Part shown: in pieces, positions 1-11,115 of the stretch
How the letters are laid out: each line of letters starts with the position of its first letter
How positions within the stretch are numbered: position 1 is the first letter of the stretch
Origin: Asterionella formosa
Taxonomy: Eukaryota
Reading direction: 5' to 3'
Length of the DNA: 61,868 nucleotides
Assembly: GCA_002256025.1 (NCBI GenBank)
Contig: NKIB01013229.1
Coordinates: forward strand, 1-61,868
Made by a program: the position numbers and the translations under genes
The notes under the pieces: generated by a model
The model's database searches: none
Seen by the model: the letters and a program-made list of their open reading frames with translations, nothing else
Told to the model about the DNA's origin: nothing

Positions 1-1191
1 GTGGATGATGGAATTATTTGTGGTACCAGGAATGCAGTGGACTACATGAAAAATATGATCAAGGAGGATTTTAATATCACGGAACAAGGTCCCCTACGAA
101 AACACTTAGGTGTGGAATATATGCGCAAGCATGATAAATTTGGAGAATACTGGGAAGTACAGCTGAAGAAATTTCGTACTGAAATGCTACTGGAATATGA
201 AATGCTTACTGGGAAGAAGATAAAGTCTTATGCGACACCAGGAGCACCAGGAAAAACATTAGGAGCCAATAATGGAGAAACTATTATGGAGGCGGAATAT
301 CGCAAGATTGTTGGGAAATTATTATGGTCTACTAAGAAAGATTCCCCGGACTGTGCCAATGCAGTACGTGAATTATCTTCGTATTTAAGCTGTCCAGGCG
401 AAGAACACTGGGATGGAATTTCACGAGTTGTTGGATTCTTATCAAGCAAATTGGACAGAGTTCTCAAGATTCGAAAACCTAAGGAATTACGGGTTATTGC
501 TTATGTTGATAGTGACTGGGCTGCTAATAAGGTAAGCCGGAAAAGTACTACGGGTTTTCTGGTTACCATTGGTGGTGCGTTGATCAGTTGGCAATCAAAG
601 GGCCAGTCATCCGTTACGCTATCAAGCACAGAAGCAGAATACGTTGCAATGTCGCAATGTGCTCAAGAGATCAAATTTATTGCAATGTTACTCAACGAAG
701 TGACAGGTGGCAAAAATATCCTACCAAGCATTTTACGTGAGGATAATACAGGTGCAATATTCACAGCGAAGAATCAACAACTTGGAACAAGAACAAAACA
801 CATTGATATTAAGTTTCATCATGTCAAGAACATGATAGATGAGGGTGAGTTGCATATTGTTTTTCTAAGATCAGAAAACAATCCAGCAGACATTTTGACG
901 AAGAATGTCAAAGAGCAGATTTTTACAAGGTTATCTGGACCCGTGCTGAGTGGTACAATTTTAGAACTTCTTGAACATGGTAACGAGGAGGATGTCAAGA
1001 ATATAGCATCAATGGCTATAATGAGTCACAAGGACTGTGGACTCGACTATAGTCCAATGAGTCAAATGGTGCGTTCCCATGTCAAGAAGCTTGCTAACGA
1101 GATTGATGTCTTAGATCAATCAGAAGAAGGTTTACATCAACGAAAAGGGAACACGAAGAACAGGTTCTCGAAGTGTGATGAATGGGATTGA
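1..1191 (+). mobile_element. Ty1/copia retrotransposon pol C-terminus (end of RT plus RNase H), 5'-truncated by the window edge
   Basis: Copia motifs xDDGII, YRKIVGKLLW, AYVDSDWA, RKSTTG, SSTEAEYVA, EDNTGAI, RTKHIDIKFH, NPADILTK. The ORF reads through the PPT into the LTR. Confidence 0.95.
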
Positions 1192-1371
1192 AACTTAGTT
1201 TTAGTTTAATCTTATAATTAAGAAACAGTGAGAATTGACAGAGTAAGGTCAATAGCGAAAACTAGCACGAAGGCTAGCAGCAGAAAGAAGATAACAATAC
1301 TAGTGGTATAACAGGTAAGTTTTACGTAAGAGGAACCCGTCAGACGGGAAGGAGTACGAGACCTATCAACA
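993..1371 (+). repeat. 3' LTR of copia element (LTR family A)
   Basis: Purine tract GAGGAGGA (985-992), then TGTCAAG...TCAACA. Homologous copies lie at 16497-16842 (-) and 33493-33899 (+). Confidence 0.85.
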
Positions 1372-1729
1372 CCGGTGTACCGGTAGCTGAAAGAAAATGA
1401 TGCATATAAAGTAGTGCTGCGGGCGGCGGGCGGCGGGCAGTTCTGCAATAGGGTCCGTCATCGACCAGTTTATTCGTGGTAGTTCCGGTATGTACAGTTC
1501 GGTACCAGGGGTAGGGTTAATATTTACAGTCCAGCCCTGTGGTACGACCACCGCTACCAGTACCTGCTAGACGTACTCGGAGTACTGGTAAGATCGAAGA
1601 TGATGATAATGATGAACAAATTGTGAGGAAGTGCGTGATGATATGTATGATAAATAAATACCAAAATTCCTGGTACGTAGTGGCGCCGACGGATCAAGAT
1701 GTTCTCATATACAGGAGATCTGTGAACAC

Positions 1730-2389
1730 ATGTCACCAATCATCATGTCAGTCGTTCAGCTGAAACGGCATCATATCTGGGGTTGCCTGCTACTCCTTCT
1801 AACACTAATTCGTTCCGCAGAATCGTTCGTGCAGCGAGCAATTCAAATAAGGAGTACCTCGACTGGGAATCCGTCGACAAGTTGTCTATTTCTGGCCAGA
1901 AGCAAAAAGAAGAAGAAGCCCAAGGGTAACATTATTGCTCTTAACCGAATCGCTTATCGCAATTACGAAATACTTGCAACGCTTGAGGCTGGCATTTCTC
2001 TCACTGGAACCGAAGTCAAATCCATTCGAGATGGCAAGATGAACATCCGAGATGGATTCGTGCGCGGAGCATTGGGTGGCAACAGGGGGCTTATCCTGTT
2101 TAATGTGCACATTGGAAAGCATTCCATGAGTGCAGAATACTTTCAACACGAAGAACGACGGGCACGCCCTCTGCTTGTTCACAAGGAAGAAGCTCGCAAA
2201 TGGAAACAATCGACTGAGCAAGATGGTATGACAATTGTCCCTCTCAAGGCATATTTTAGTGAACAAAATAGAGTCAAACTAGAAATTGCACTTTGTCGAG
2301 GAAAGAACGTCAGAGACAAGCGAGAGGACATAAAAGCGCGGGAGGCGAAACGAGAAGATAATCGTATCATTAAGAACTTTAGGATATAA
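1730..2389 (+). CDS. smpB: SsrA(tmRNA)-binding protein SmpB, nuclear-encoded, probably plastid-targeted (start may be 1745)
   Basis: Motifs NRIAYRNYEILATLEAGISLTGTEVKSIRDGK, RPLLVHKEE, TIVPLKAYF, VKLEIALCRGK..DKRE. The N-terminus has a hydrophobic signal, then AES-F, then a Ser/Thr-rich transit-like segment. Confidence 0.93.
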   Translation: MSPIIMSVVQLKRHHIWGCLLLLLTLIRSAESFVQRAIQIRSTSTGNPSTSCLFLARSKKKKKPKGNIIALNRIAYRNYEILATLEAGISLTGTEVKSIRDGKMNIRDGFVRGALGGNRGLILFNVHIGKHSMSAEYFQHEERRARPLLVHKEEARKWKQSTEQDGMTIVPLKAYFSEQNRVKLEIALCRGKNVRDKREDIKAREAKREDNRIIKNFRI

Positions 2390-2455
2390 GATAAATATTC
2401 CTTGTGGCTTCGGTGCGAATATCAGACAAGGAACGCGCCAAAAGATCTATGGCCC

Positions 2456-3440
2456 TTAGCTGCCTCGGTAGGTCGAAAAGCTCCATGGACTAACAAGAAG
2501 AGGGACGTGATAGTGATCATCAGGATTGTCAATGCCAAAACGGAGCGGAATCTCGTCAATAAAAGGCGTACCAGAAAAAAAGGTACCCTTCGAAGCAAAA
2601 TAGTCAGCTACAAAGAAAGTGAATTGGTACGTTCCGACTGTAAAGTCCTTGCCTCCTTTCAAGGCGGGTCCACCATCCAAGCGGCCATCGTCGTTTGTTA
2701 TAAAAGCACCAATCAAACCGGCCGATTCAGGCGGGGACATGCGATGAAGGTGAATTCGCATCTTGGCGGCTGATCGAAAGCAAATGAAGAAAATGGTGAG
2801 AAAGTAGATGCAGAAAACCAACCGAACAGAAATGCACTTGATTATTCTTACCAGGACAACCACCAGCAGTATCCAAGACATGGCAAGTCAGGAAACCATT
2901 GGCATCATCTGTATTAATGGCAGACAATATACGCATCCATGCAATCTTGTGTACTTGTGTGATAGCTTGCACAAATTCAGTTTCCACGGGGCTCATTATC
3001 CGGCCTTCCAAAGCAGATAATACAGTAAACTTTGTCGCATTTCGTACTGCTAAAATGAATGGAAAGCCAAATTTGGCTCGATATGCTGTGTTGCAAGTTG
3101 TGAATCGTTCGAGTTCGTCGCTTGTTAGAGATTGCAATCCTGCTCGTCCTTGTTCTTCTTGACTGGCTTCCGTCAGTTCTCCGATCTTGCCGACCTTTTC
3201 GCAAAGATCAGGATGGGCACAGAGCAGCTCCATCTTTCTTTCAGCAGAGGACGCATCGACGATTGACTTCATAGAGGCTGCCAAGTCCGTTACTGTGGCT
3301 AGCCTTGTGTATTCGCAATTGACAAGCTCGTCTGCGACCCAAGGAGAATGCTCATAGATACCCGCGAGGAACCTTGCGATTTCGGTTTTAGGAAGGGAAA
3401 TCAGCTCCTTGATTGATGGTCGAGTTGTGGACATACTCAT
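2456..3440 (-). CDS. Bifunctional OHCU decarboxylase / 5-hydroxyisourate hydrolase (allantoin synthase, transthyretin-like); exons 3440-2852 and 2769-2456
   Basis: Decarboxylase motifs IYEHSPWVA, AHPDL, S.EEQ..AGL, Y..KFGFPFILAVR. Hydrolase motifs LTCHVLDT, HYHVPLL.SPWSFSTYRGS. A GTAAG...CAG intron at 2851-2770 joins them in frame (CP-AAKMRI). Confidence 0.95.
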
Positions 3441-3570
3441 GGTGAATAAAGTTCAGTGTCCTGACGAACGGGTGTTGTTGATTGATATTTCCAACTGTTA
3501 TTTCGCTTCTTCTTCATTGTCCTTGTTGCATAGTGGGAACAGAATTCATCATCATCGGGTGGCAAACCAG

Positions 3571-3608
3571 TAGTACCAGGTACCAGGTACCTGGTACCTG
3601 GTACCTGG
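3571..3608. repeat. GGTACC[A/T] heptamer palindromic micro-array (example of a window-wide motif)
   Basis: TAGTACCAGGTACCAGGTACCTGGTACCTGGTACCTGG. Confidence 0.9.
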
Positions 3609-3928
3609 TCCGGTCTATGTGTGATGGACTTTATATAGCGCATGATCTTCATAAAAGTGGAAATTAAAAATAGCACATCTACGACGGTACATACTTACCG
3701 GTACTTGCTTAGTAATTACCGGTAAGTAATTGGTTTGACTCCCTACGTGAGAATTGTCGACAGACAACATCGGTACGTTGTGGTCGCTCGGTACCTGGTA
3801 CCTGGAACCGTAGTCAGTCCGCCGGCAGTCCTGAAATTCTTCCATGCATTACACAAAATGCCAATGCCAGTACATGGTAGTAAGTACAGTACTCCGTCAC
3901 GGTAGTAGAAACAGTCTAACAAACCAAG

Positions 3929-4018
3929 CAAGTTGCGGTCATTTTGCTTAAACTAACATTTTACCCTCGGATAAAAAGCTAGCTAAATATTTAGTTTCAG
4001 CAAAATTACCGCAAGTTG
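3929..4018. mobile_element. ~90-bp MITE, copy 1
   Basis: TIRs CAAGTTGCGGTCATTTTGCTTAAACTA / TAGTTTCAGCAAAATTACCGCAAGTTG. Related copies at 33260 and 35046. Confidence 0.8.
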
Positions 4019-5079
4019 CCAGGACAAGGCAATTTTCATGACTCCCATGTGCTGGTAGGCCGTACACCCTACACATGGCTCAATATAAGGTTGTAATTTA
4101 CTACCTGGTACCAGGGTACCGTAACAGTACTGCGATAATCATAACCACGAACAACCGGTATTCTGCTTTGTCACTATGTATGTGCTGGACAATTCATCTG
4201 TTTCAGGTTTGCAGACAGGGTTTTACTTTTGCTCTTGCTGCTGTGAGCGATGCTAAGAATTACTATGTGTACCTATATTCATCGAAATATTACCGTTGTT
4301 ATTCATATACCGTAGTGTATCATTATTTCTGTACAGAAAATGGCGTGCACTGTAAATATTTTATGATTACATACATATAAACCAGTATTTGAACAAGTAG
4401 TATGAACTACGAAATGATATAAATGTAGACATTTGAATGTCGGACAACGTTGTTGACGTCATGAAGTGTCCATTTAAAAAAAACCAGCACGTACCAAACC
4501 AGGATGATAAATAAAAAACTGTTATTGCAGATGCGTTCTCGGGGATTGTTTCTTGCAATTTTTCTTAGCCGAAACTCTTTTTAGAACAAGTGTTGACGGC
4601 AGAATATTTCAAAAGAGTCCGCTAAAGAAAGAAAACAGTGTTAAAGCTGTACGTCTCATTTTCTTGCATTTAAATTGGGACATTGCGAGAATTCACTGGT
4701 GGTTGAATGATACCAGGCGGTTCGGCGTTATCGACGACCACACCACACGTACGCGTGATCGGGAATCACTGGTATCGATTCTACTATGCCTCCGTGTAGG
4801 ACATGGGACAGTTCCCCTTTTAGGCGCTCGTTGTTCTTTGTGTTCACGTCACTACGACCTGCGCTGTTGTTTTTTCTACTTTCGGTTCCGTACATATTTT
4901 CAGCGTATGCAGCAGTGTCCTTTGGAGAACACTCACACCTTCTATGCTTGTTCCATTTCTCACCTCTATTCTTCCTCCAGCGTCAACAAAGAACTCAAAA
5001 GCTAACCTATTAAAAAGACACATTTCAACCCTCACAAACTGCAATTACTTGTTTAAGCTGCTGTTGAATAGAAGGCGAA

Positions 5080-7125
5080 ATGAACGGACACAGTGCTCTC
5101 AAGATTGACGGGCCTGCTCCAGTGTCTACAATCCCATCAGCGCCAGAATTGTCGACCTCGTCAATGGCAAATGTCATGCAGCAGCAGTTTGCTTATCAGC
5201 AACAACAATTGCAGCAGCAAATGCAACAACAGATGCAAGTCCACCAGGCGCAGCAAGCTCATCAAGCATTGCAAGCACAGCATGCTCAACTGACGCAACA
5301 AGCAGAGCGCCTGCAAAACCAAGAGCACAATCACCTTGTCCCAGGATCAACGAAATCAAGGACGGAACAAGACGCCACGCTCAACGGAGGCCAATCGAAT
5401 CATGACGATGAAGGTGATCCAAACTCATCTGTCCCTAATCACCCGATTGCTGAATTTTTGTATCAATTAACAAAAATGCTCTCGGACAACAATGAAGAGA
5501 TTGTTGAGTGGACCAACGGGAGGATTAAGGTGCACTACCCAGATCGGCTAGAGGGGGAAGTCCTACACAAGTACTTCAGGCATTCCAAGTTTGCCTCCTT
5601 TCAGAGACAGCTCAATTACTTTGGCTTTCGAAAAATTGCTGGCAAAGGGAAGATGTCCCCTTGCTCGTACGTAAATGATGGGGCCACAGCTGATATTCGC
5701 AGTTTGTTGATGATCAAGAGAAAGACTAATGGATCAGCAGCTCGCAAGGCTGCTATGGTGCAAGCTCAGCAGCAGCAGCGCCATACACATCAAACTGGTC
5801 AAACTAATATGATGGCCCCACCAGCTGGTATGATGATGCAGACTGCTCCTACTGCAGGAATGACGGCAGATTTGTTCAAGAATGCTTTTGCAGCTGCTGG
5901 TATGTCCACACAGCAAATGCAAGTTCTCCAAGGGATGGGGTTTCCTTCCCCTGGGACTATGTTCATATCAAACAATACAGCGTATGCCCAAGTTGCTGCT
6001 ATGCAGGCACAACAGCAGAACGTGGCTGCACAACAAGCTGCTAATATGCAACAGAGGCAGTTGAATGAATCACTATTCTATCCTAACGACAGCGCCCTAG
6101 CCACATTTTCCCATGGACAACGGAAAAATTCTATGGAAAACATGGCTTCAATGGCTCCTGGTGCTATGCCGTCCACTGGGTCCTTGGATGCAATGTCAAG
6201 TTTTGGAAGTTTCGGAGCCTTCGCCCAACGTCAGTCGGCATTAAATCTTGCTGCACTGTTTAGTTCTCCATTGAATTACGGAGCTCCATACGCTCCACAA
6301 CCATCGTCAAATGTTGGTGCAGCTACGGCTGCCTTGAATGGCTTAGTTTCCAATGCTCCAAACCATGGTACTCCTGCACCCTTGAACCATCCAACGGCAA
6401 CAGGCGCTGCTTCAGCTAGATTTGAAGCTACCTCTTCTACTCCTGTTTCAGCTGCTTTTCAATCTACAACACCTACTGCGCTCGCGGCATCCTCGCAATC
6501 GGTGGCGGGAGCTGCTACAGCCGCCTTAGCTGCTACCATGCCTTCCGGTGCAGCAACTGCAGCACTTGGAGCGGCCGGTCCTGCGTCAGCAACAGCAGCT
6601 ATGCGTGAAGCGACGTCACAAGCGAACAGCATTTTTGAAAACAATGCAAACTTGAACGCCTTGCTCGGAAAAGACGAAGAAAAGGGCAGTACCCCAGGAC
6701 CTGCTCCTGGGAACACGTTGAATCGATTCTCGAGTAGCAACCTCCTTCGTTTGCCTTCGTCCGGGGCCTTCTTTCCTGACAGTTTCAGCAGTGTGTCGCT
6801 AAGTGGACTTATGCCTGGTATGAGTTCGAATCGGCTGAATTCTATGTTGAGTTTGAGCAGTTTCTTTTCGCGTGATCCTTCTATGGGTGACTTCACTGGA
6901 AATGGCTCAAATTATGCCAGTACGCAGTATAATGCTCTGAGTGCTGTTCCACCATTGTCCGCACTCACTTCAGGCGCTCCCCTGAGTGTTGCTTCCTTGG
7001 CTGCACTTAGGGGTGCTGCTGCCTTTCCCTCTGTGTATCCTTCTGGGAATCCTGGACTAGCATCGGGAACTGGGGGGACTGCAGGTGTTGCCTTTGAACC
7101 AATGCAAATGCAAGACAATCGGTAA
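5080..7125 (+). CDS. Heat shock transcription factor (HSF DNA-binding domain, Q-rich and A/S-rich low-complexity regions)
   Basis: FLYQLTKML...IVEWTNG...[25 protein letters not shown], in an intronless 681-aa ORF. Confidence 0.93.
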   Translation: MNGHSALKIDGPAPVSTIPSAPELSTSSMANVMQQQFAYQQQQLQQQMQQQMQVHQAQQAHQALQAQHAQLTQQAERLQNQEHNHLVPGSTKSRTEQDATLNGGQSNHDDEGDPNSSVPNHPIAEFLYQLTKMLSDNNEEIVEWTNGRIKVHYPDRLEGEVLHKYFRHSKFASFQRQLNYFGFRKIAGKGKMSPCSYVNDGATADIRSLLMIKRKTNGSAARKAAMVQAQQQQRHTHQTGQTNMMAPPAGMMMQTAPTAGMTADLFKNAFAAAGMSTQQMQVLQGMGFPSPGTMFISNNTAYAQVAAMQAQQQNVAAQQAANMQQRQLNESLFYPNDSALATFSHGQRKNSMENMASMAPGAMPSTGSLDAMSSFGSFGAFAQRQSALNLAALFSSPLNYGAPYAPQPSSNVGAATAALNGLVSNAPNHGTPAPLNHPTATGAASARFEATSSTPVSAAFQSTTPTALAASSQSVAGAATAALAATMPSGAATAALGAAGPASATAAMREATSQANSIFENNANLNALLGKDEEKGSTPGPAPGNTLNRFSSSNLLRLPSSGAFFPDSFSSVSLSGLMPGMSSNRLNSMLSLSSFFSRDPSMGDFTGNGSNYASTQYNALSAVPPLSALTSGAPLSVASLAALRGAAAFPSVYPSGNPGLASGTGGTAGVAFEPMQMQDNR

Positions 7126-8240
7126 TTCTTCAGAGGATTGCTTACAATGTTCATATAGGCAAGGGATCAAGGCAACTAAAACATATTCCAACCCAAATAA
7201 TTGGGTCCTCAATATATTTTCTTGTCATCAACGAAATGGGAATACTAGCAGGTCGAATTTGTGAAAATATGTTTACTTTTCGGGAACAGTTAGTTCAATA
7301 GTTCGTCTTCGAGGCCTTCTTCAAGGTCAAAAAAAGCCATTGGAGACTGAATCATTTGTCCTTTCGCTTATTCTTCATTGTCTACTGTACATTGTGTTCC
7401 TAGACTTCCATAAAATTAATCAAATGGCCTGCATCAAAAATATAAATATTCTGAGCTAATTTAAATTCAAAAGCAAAATTGTTCACCATGCAAACTCACT
7501 ACTGGTACTGGTATGGCTGGGTGCAAAGTTTGAGGACATGATTGGGAAGGTTTGTACACATTTAGACCTAGTACCAAGGATAATCCTGTCCCTATCTCTT
7601 AATATATTTTCATGCAAAAATGCTTGTTGTTTTGACATCACAATAGCCATCACCAAAAGCCGCTTTTTTGTTCCTTGTTGTCATCTCAATGATCCACCTC
7701 TGATTCAAGCATTGCAAACATTTGGACTGATAGAATGAGTTGATGGATCTGCAAGGGCACTCATTCCCATTTAGTATTAAGCACACATTGGTTTTTGCAA
7801 CAAGCACAAGTAAACAGCTTGCTATTAGCTTCTAAGCAATGGAAATAATTTCCTGTTCCAACAAGCAATAATGAAGAACTCATTTTTCCCATGACATCAG
7901 AACCTACTCCACATATCATTGATCAATGCAAAGTATTATCTTGTCAACACTAAATCAATTAACCCTCACTTCCAAGACACTCTGATCAATTGTCTCTTCA
8001 AATCACTTCCAATATTGATTTTGCCTTCTTCCTGGAACCTTTTCCAGTACCGGTATATCAATGGATTGTATAGCTAACAGGTACTCCTATGTACAACGGT
8101 ACGGGTATGTACTTTCGGATAGCTATAAAAAAACAGAAAGAAATGAGCTTCATGTTTCGCCAAGTTCAAATTTATTTGCCGCCATCAACGCCTACTTCAC
8201 AGGCGTTAGTAATCAGAAGCTAACTTGCTGCAATATTAGT

Positions 8241-9464
8241 ATGGACAGAGAAGATGATCTTCGTGTGTTAGGCGATCCGTCTGGCCAGCAAGACGCCGAC
8301 TATTGGAATGAATGGTTCCAGATTGTGTGCGGAGGGGACGATCGTTCCTTTGAATGGTACACAGCGCCTTCAGAAGTCGCTCGACTGCTCAAATCATTCA
8401 ACTGCAGCCAAGGCAAGAATCCTCGAATGATTCACCCTGGCTCTGGGAATTCACTGGTTCCTGTAAAGCTTCGAGATACGTTTTTCTTTCCGCATCAACA
8501 TTTTGTGGTCGACATTGCCGATGCCGCTCTCAAGCAAATGAAACGAGTTCACAATAAGTACTGTGACGGGGGAAATGAGATCAAATATCTCCATTGCAAT
8601 GTGCTGGATCCACCTTTACCTTTAGATGCCGACTCGTTTGATGTTTGGGTTGACAAAGGGTTGGTCGATGCACTGTTCAAAGACTGTGAATCATCAAGTG
8701 CCTCTCAATGCCAAACGCTTTTTGACGAGGCTCATCGATTGTTGAAGCCTTGTTGCGGTGTGCTACTTGTTATCACGATGGCAGAGGAACATTCCTTATC
8801 CTTGATTCTTAGAAACTGGACTAGAAAATTGAACAACTCTGTTGCTATGTGGCAATCTGACTTAAATGTGTACGAATTAGAACCAGTCAGTGGTGATATG
8901 CGCCCTTTTGGTATCGTCATGAAAATGGCGACACCCTCGGATGCCATAGAAAAAGGCATCACAACTCTCATTTGGCATCATTTTAATGGCTCAACAAAAC
9001 AATTTGCTCTGGAAAATGTATTTGACACGGTCAAGAGCCTCTGTGAAGAATCGCGGAGAGAATTTCACTGCAAGCGGAACAGGGTAAACGAGAACGACAT
9101 GCTTTTGACCATCGAAATGAAACCTTGGGACACGGATGTTGATTTATACGCAGTTGGCCAACTCATTACGGGGCTGGAATGGACCGTGACAGGAGGAAGA
9201 GTTATTCTTCCGATCTGGCAACAATTCGACGACAGCGACGGGGTAAAAACATCAATTAGGGTAGTTCCTGTCGCATATGGTATATGCAAGTTGGTTCTCA
9301 AATGTTTAATAGGATCTGACGATGTTGAAGATTTTACTGAAACACTTCGTGAATGGGACGGCGGCGGTGTCGCCCAAGATGGTTTCCAATCTGTTGATAT
9401 TGATTGGGAAAAAACGTTCCGTGTCTGTGATTTATCATCTATGGCAATCATAGGCAAGATCTAG
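8241..9464 (+). CDS. Class I SAM-dependent methyltransferase (EEF1AKMT4/METTL13-N-like) fused to a C-terminal eEF1B-like guanine-nucleotide-exchange domain
   Basis: MTase motifs YWNEWF..SFEWY, HPGSGNS, VVDIA, SFDVWVDKGLVDAL, HRLLKP. C-terminal KPWDTDVDL, VPVAYGICKL, QSVDI. The ORF is open from 8061, and ATG 8241 was chosen by homology. Confidence 0.85.
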   Translation: MDREDDLRVLGDPSGQQDADYWNEWFQIVCGGDDRSFEWYTAPSEVARLLKSFNCSQGKNPRMIHPGSGNSLVPVKLRDTFFFPHQHFVVDIADAALKQMKRVHNKYCDGGNEIKYLHCNVLDPPLPLDADSFDVWVDKGLVDALFKDCESSSASQCQTLFDEAHRLLKPCCGVLLVITMAEEHSLSLILRNWTRKLNNSVAMWQSDLNVYELEPVSGDMRPFGIVMKMATPSDAIEKGITTLIWHHFNGSTKQFALENVFDTVKSLCEESRREFHCKRNRVNENDMLLTIEMKPWDTDVDLYAVGQLITGLEWTVTGGRVILPIWQQFDDSDGVKTSIRVVPVAYGICKLVLKCLIGSDDVEDFTETLREWDGGGVAQDGFQSVDIDWEKTFRVCDLSSMAIIGKI

Positions 9465-9647
9465 GGGCAAGTTTGAAGCATGATGAAATATTATGTCTTA
9501 TCTAGACCTGCCCATTGTAGGAAAAGGCAGCTTATACTCTGACCTGTGGATGATCATGAGATGAACATGACAAATTTAAAAAAAGGTAAAGTACACATAA
9601 TAACTGATGAATCATTATTATTATGTACACTATAGTTTGAGTTAGGG

Positions 9648-11115
9648 TTATATTGGATCCATAGAATCGTCATCGGGAAAGTCAAGAAATGCCATCCCTG
9701 ATGAATCAATATGAAGTGAGGCTGCAGCATCTGCCTCTTGCATCTCGCTCACAGAGGTTGGTTCAACAGACGGTATCATGGCAAGATCCACCAGAGAATC
9801 GTCTCTCCTCAGCATAGAAATGTAAGCTTGATCGTCAATCTCAAGAGATTGTTTAAGAGAGTTTCGGAAGTTGTTGCTTAACTCGTCTAGGCTGCTCTGC
9901 ACGTCCATACCAAGTTGGTGTGGTTCCTTGAATGTGAACGAATTGTCCGCGGTAGTTGCGTCCACGACACTAGGTTCCGTTAGAGTATTTTGCGCGCTGA
10001 CGCTGTGTCGAACTCCCTTGCCGACAGCTATTTTGGCCAGTGCTAAGTGCGATATGTTCTCGGGAGGATTCCTGAGAAATCCATTCAGTTGATGTTTGAT
10101 GCCCTTACCCACAGCAACTTTTATAGTTGTTACCGATGTGGAATCATCAAGCCTCTCGCGCTTAGGTTCGCAAGGTCCGCTTTCTGCTGTTGTGCGGTGA
10201 AGAATTCCAACCAGCACAGGATCTACAGGTAGATTTGTACTGACTTGGATGTGCCCTGTGTTTGATCCGCTACGCTCTCGTTTCTTGGGGACCTCCTTCT
10301 GGATTGTAGTAGTAGTTTTTCGCTTGATTGCGAGAATACTTTTGTAATCCATTGTGGTTGCCTCGTTGACATACGAACAAGGAGACATCTTTCCTTTACC
10401 AGCCAATTTCCGAAAACCAAAATAGTTGAGCTGTCTCTGAAAAGAAGCGAATTTGGAGTGCCGAAAGTACTTGTGGAGAACTTCGCTGGCAAGTTTGTGG
10501 GGATTATGAACTTCGATTTTCCCTATTGGAGAAATGAGTGAGTCAGCAAACTTTTACGAAATAAACACATCAATTTTGAAAATTCAAGTGTTTCGTCAAA
10601 ATTCAGACATGAATGCAAGTACTCTCACCGTTGGTCCATTCAATTATTTCTTTGTTGTTATCGGTCAACATTTTGGTCAATTGGAACAAGAATTCTGCGA
10701 CTGTATTGCTATTTGTTTCTATTGGTGTTGCTGGGGCGGATGGCGTTGCAGGCATAATTGGTACCAGGGCCTGCAAAGGAAACCCAGAATTTTTTTTTAA
10801 GCCTTTTGGAACAACTCCAGATTGGGGTACTTGCATGGTCCTTACATTTTCTGAACTTGGCAACATCGACCCCGCATCGGTTCGAGTTCTTATACCGCTT
10901 TCTGCGGTCATCGGGTTCGCTACAGGTATAATAGAAAATGAAGCTTCCGAAAATGAATATTGTCTTGACGAGTTAGAAAGAATAGCGTCGATTGCTGACT
11001 CAGTTTCTGTGTTTGATATTGGGTTGAATGACTCAAGTGAGGAAGTTGATGATACTGTGACAGGTACACGCTGTTGTGTGCCAGTTATCTTGGCCGCTTC
11101 ACCTCTTGATATCAT
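9648..11115 (-). CDS. Second heat shock transcription factor; exons 11115-10629 and 10522-9648
   Basis: [62 protein letters not shown] after splicing a GTGAG...TAG intron (10628-10523). Confidence 0.92.

Noticed and set aside
1730..2389. Bacterial contamination suggested by smpB
   Set aside because: It has a eukaryotic targeting presequence and is flanked by intron-containing genes and a copia LTR.
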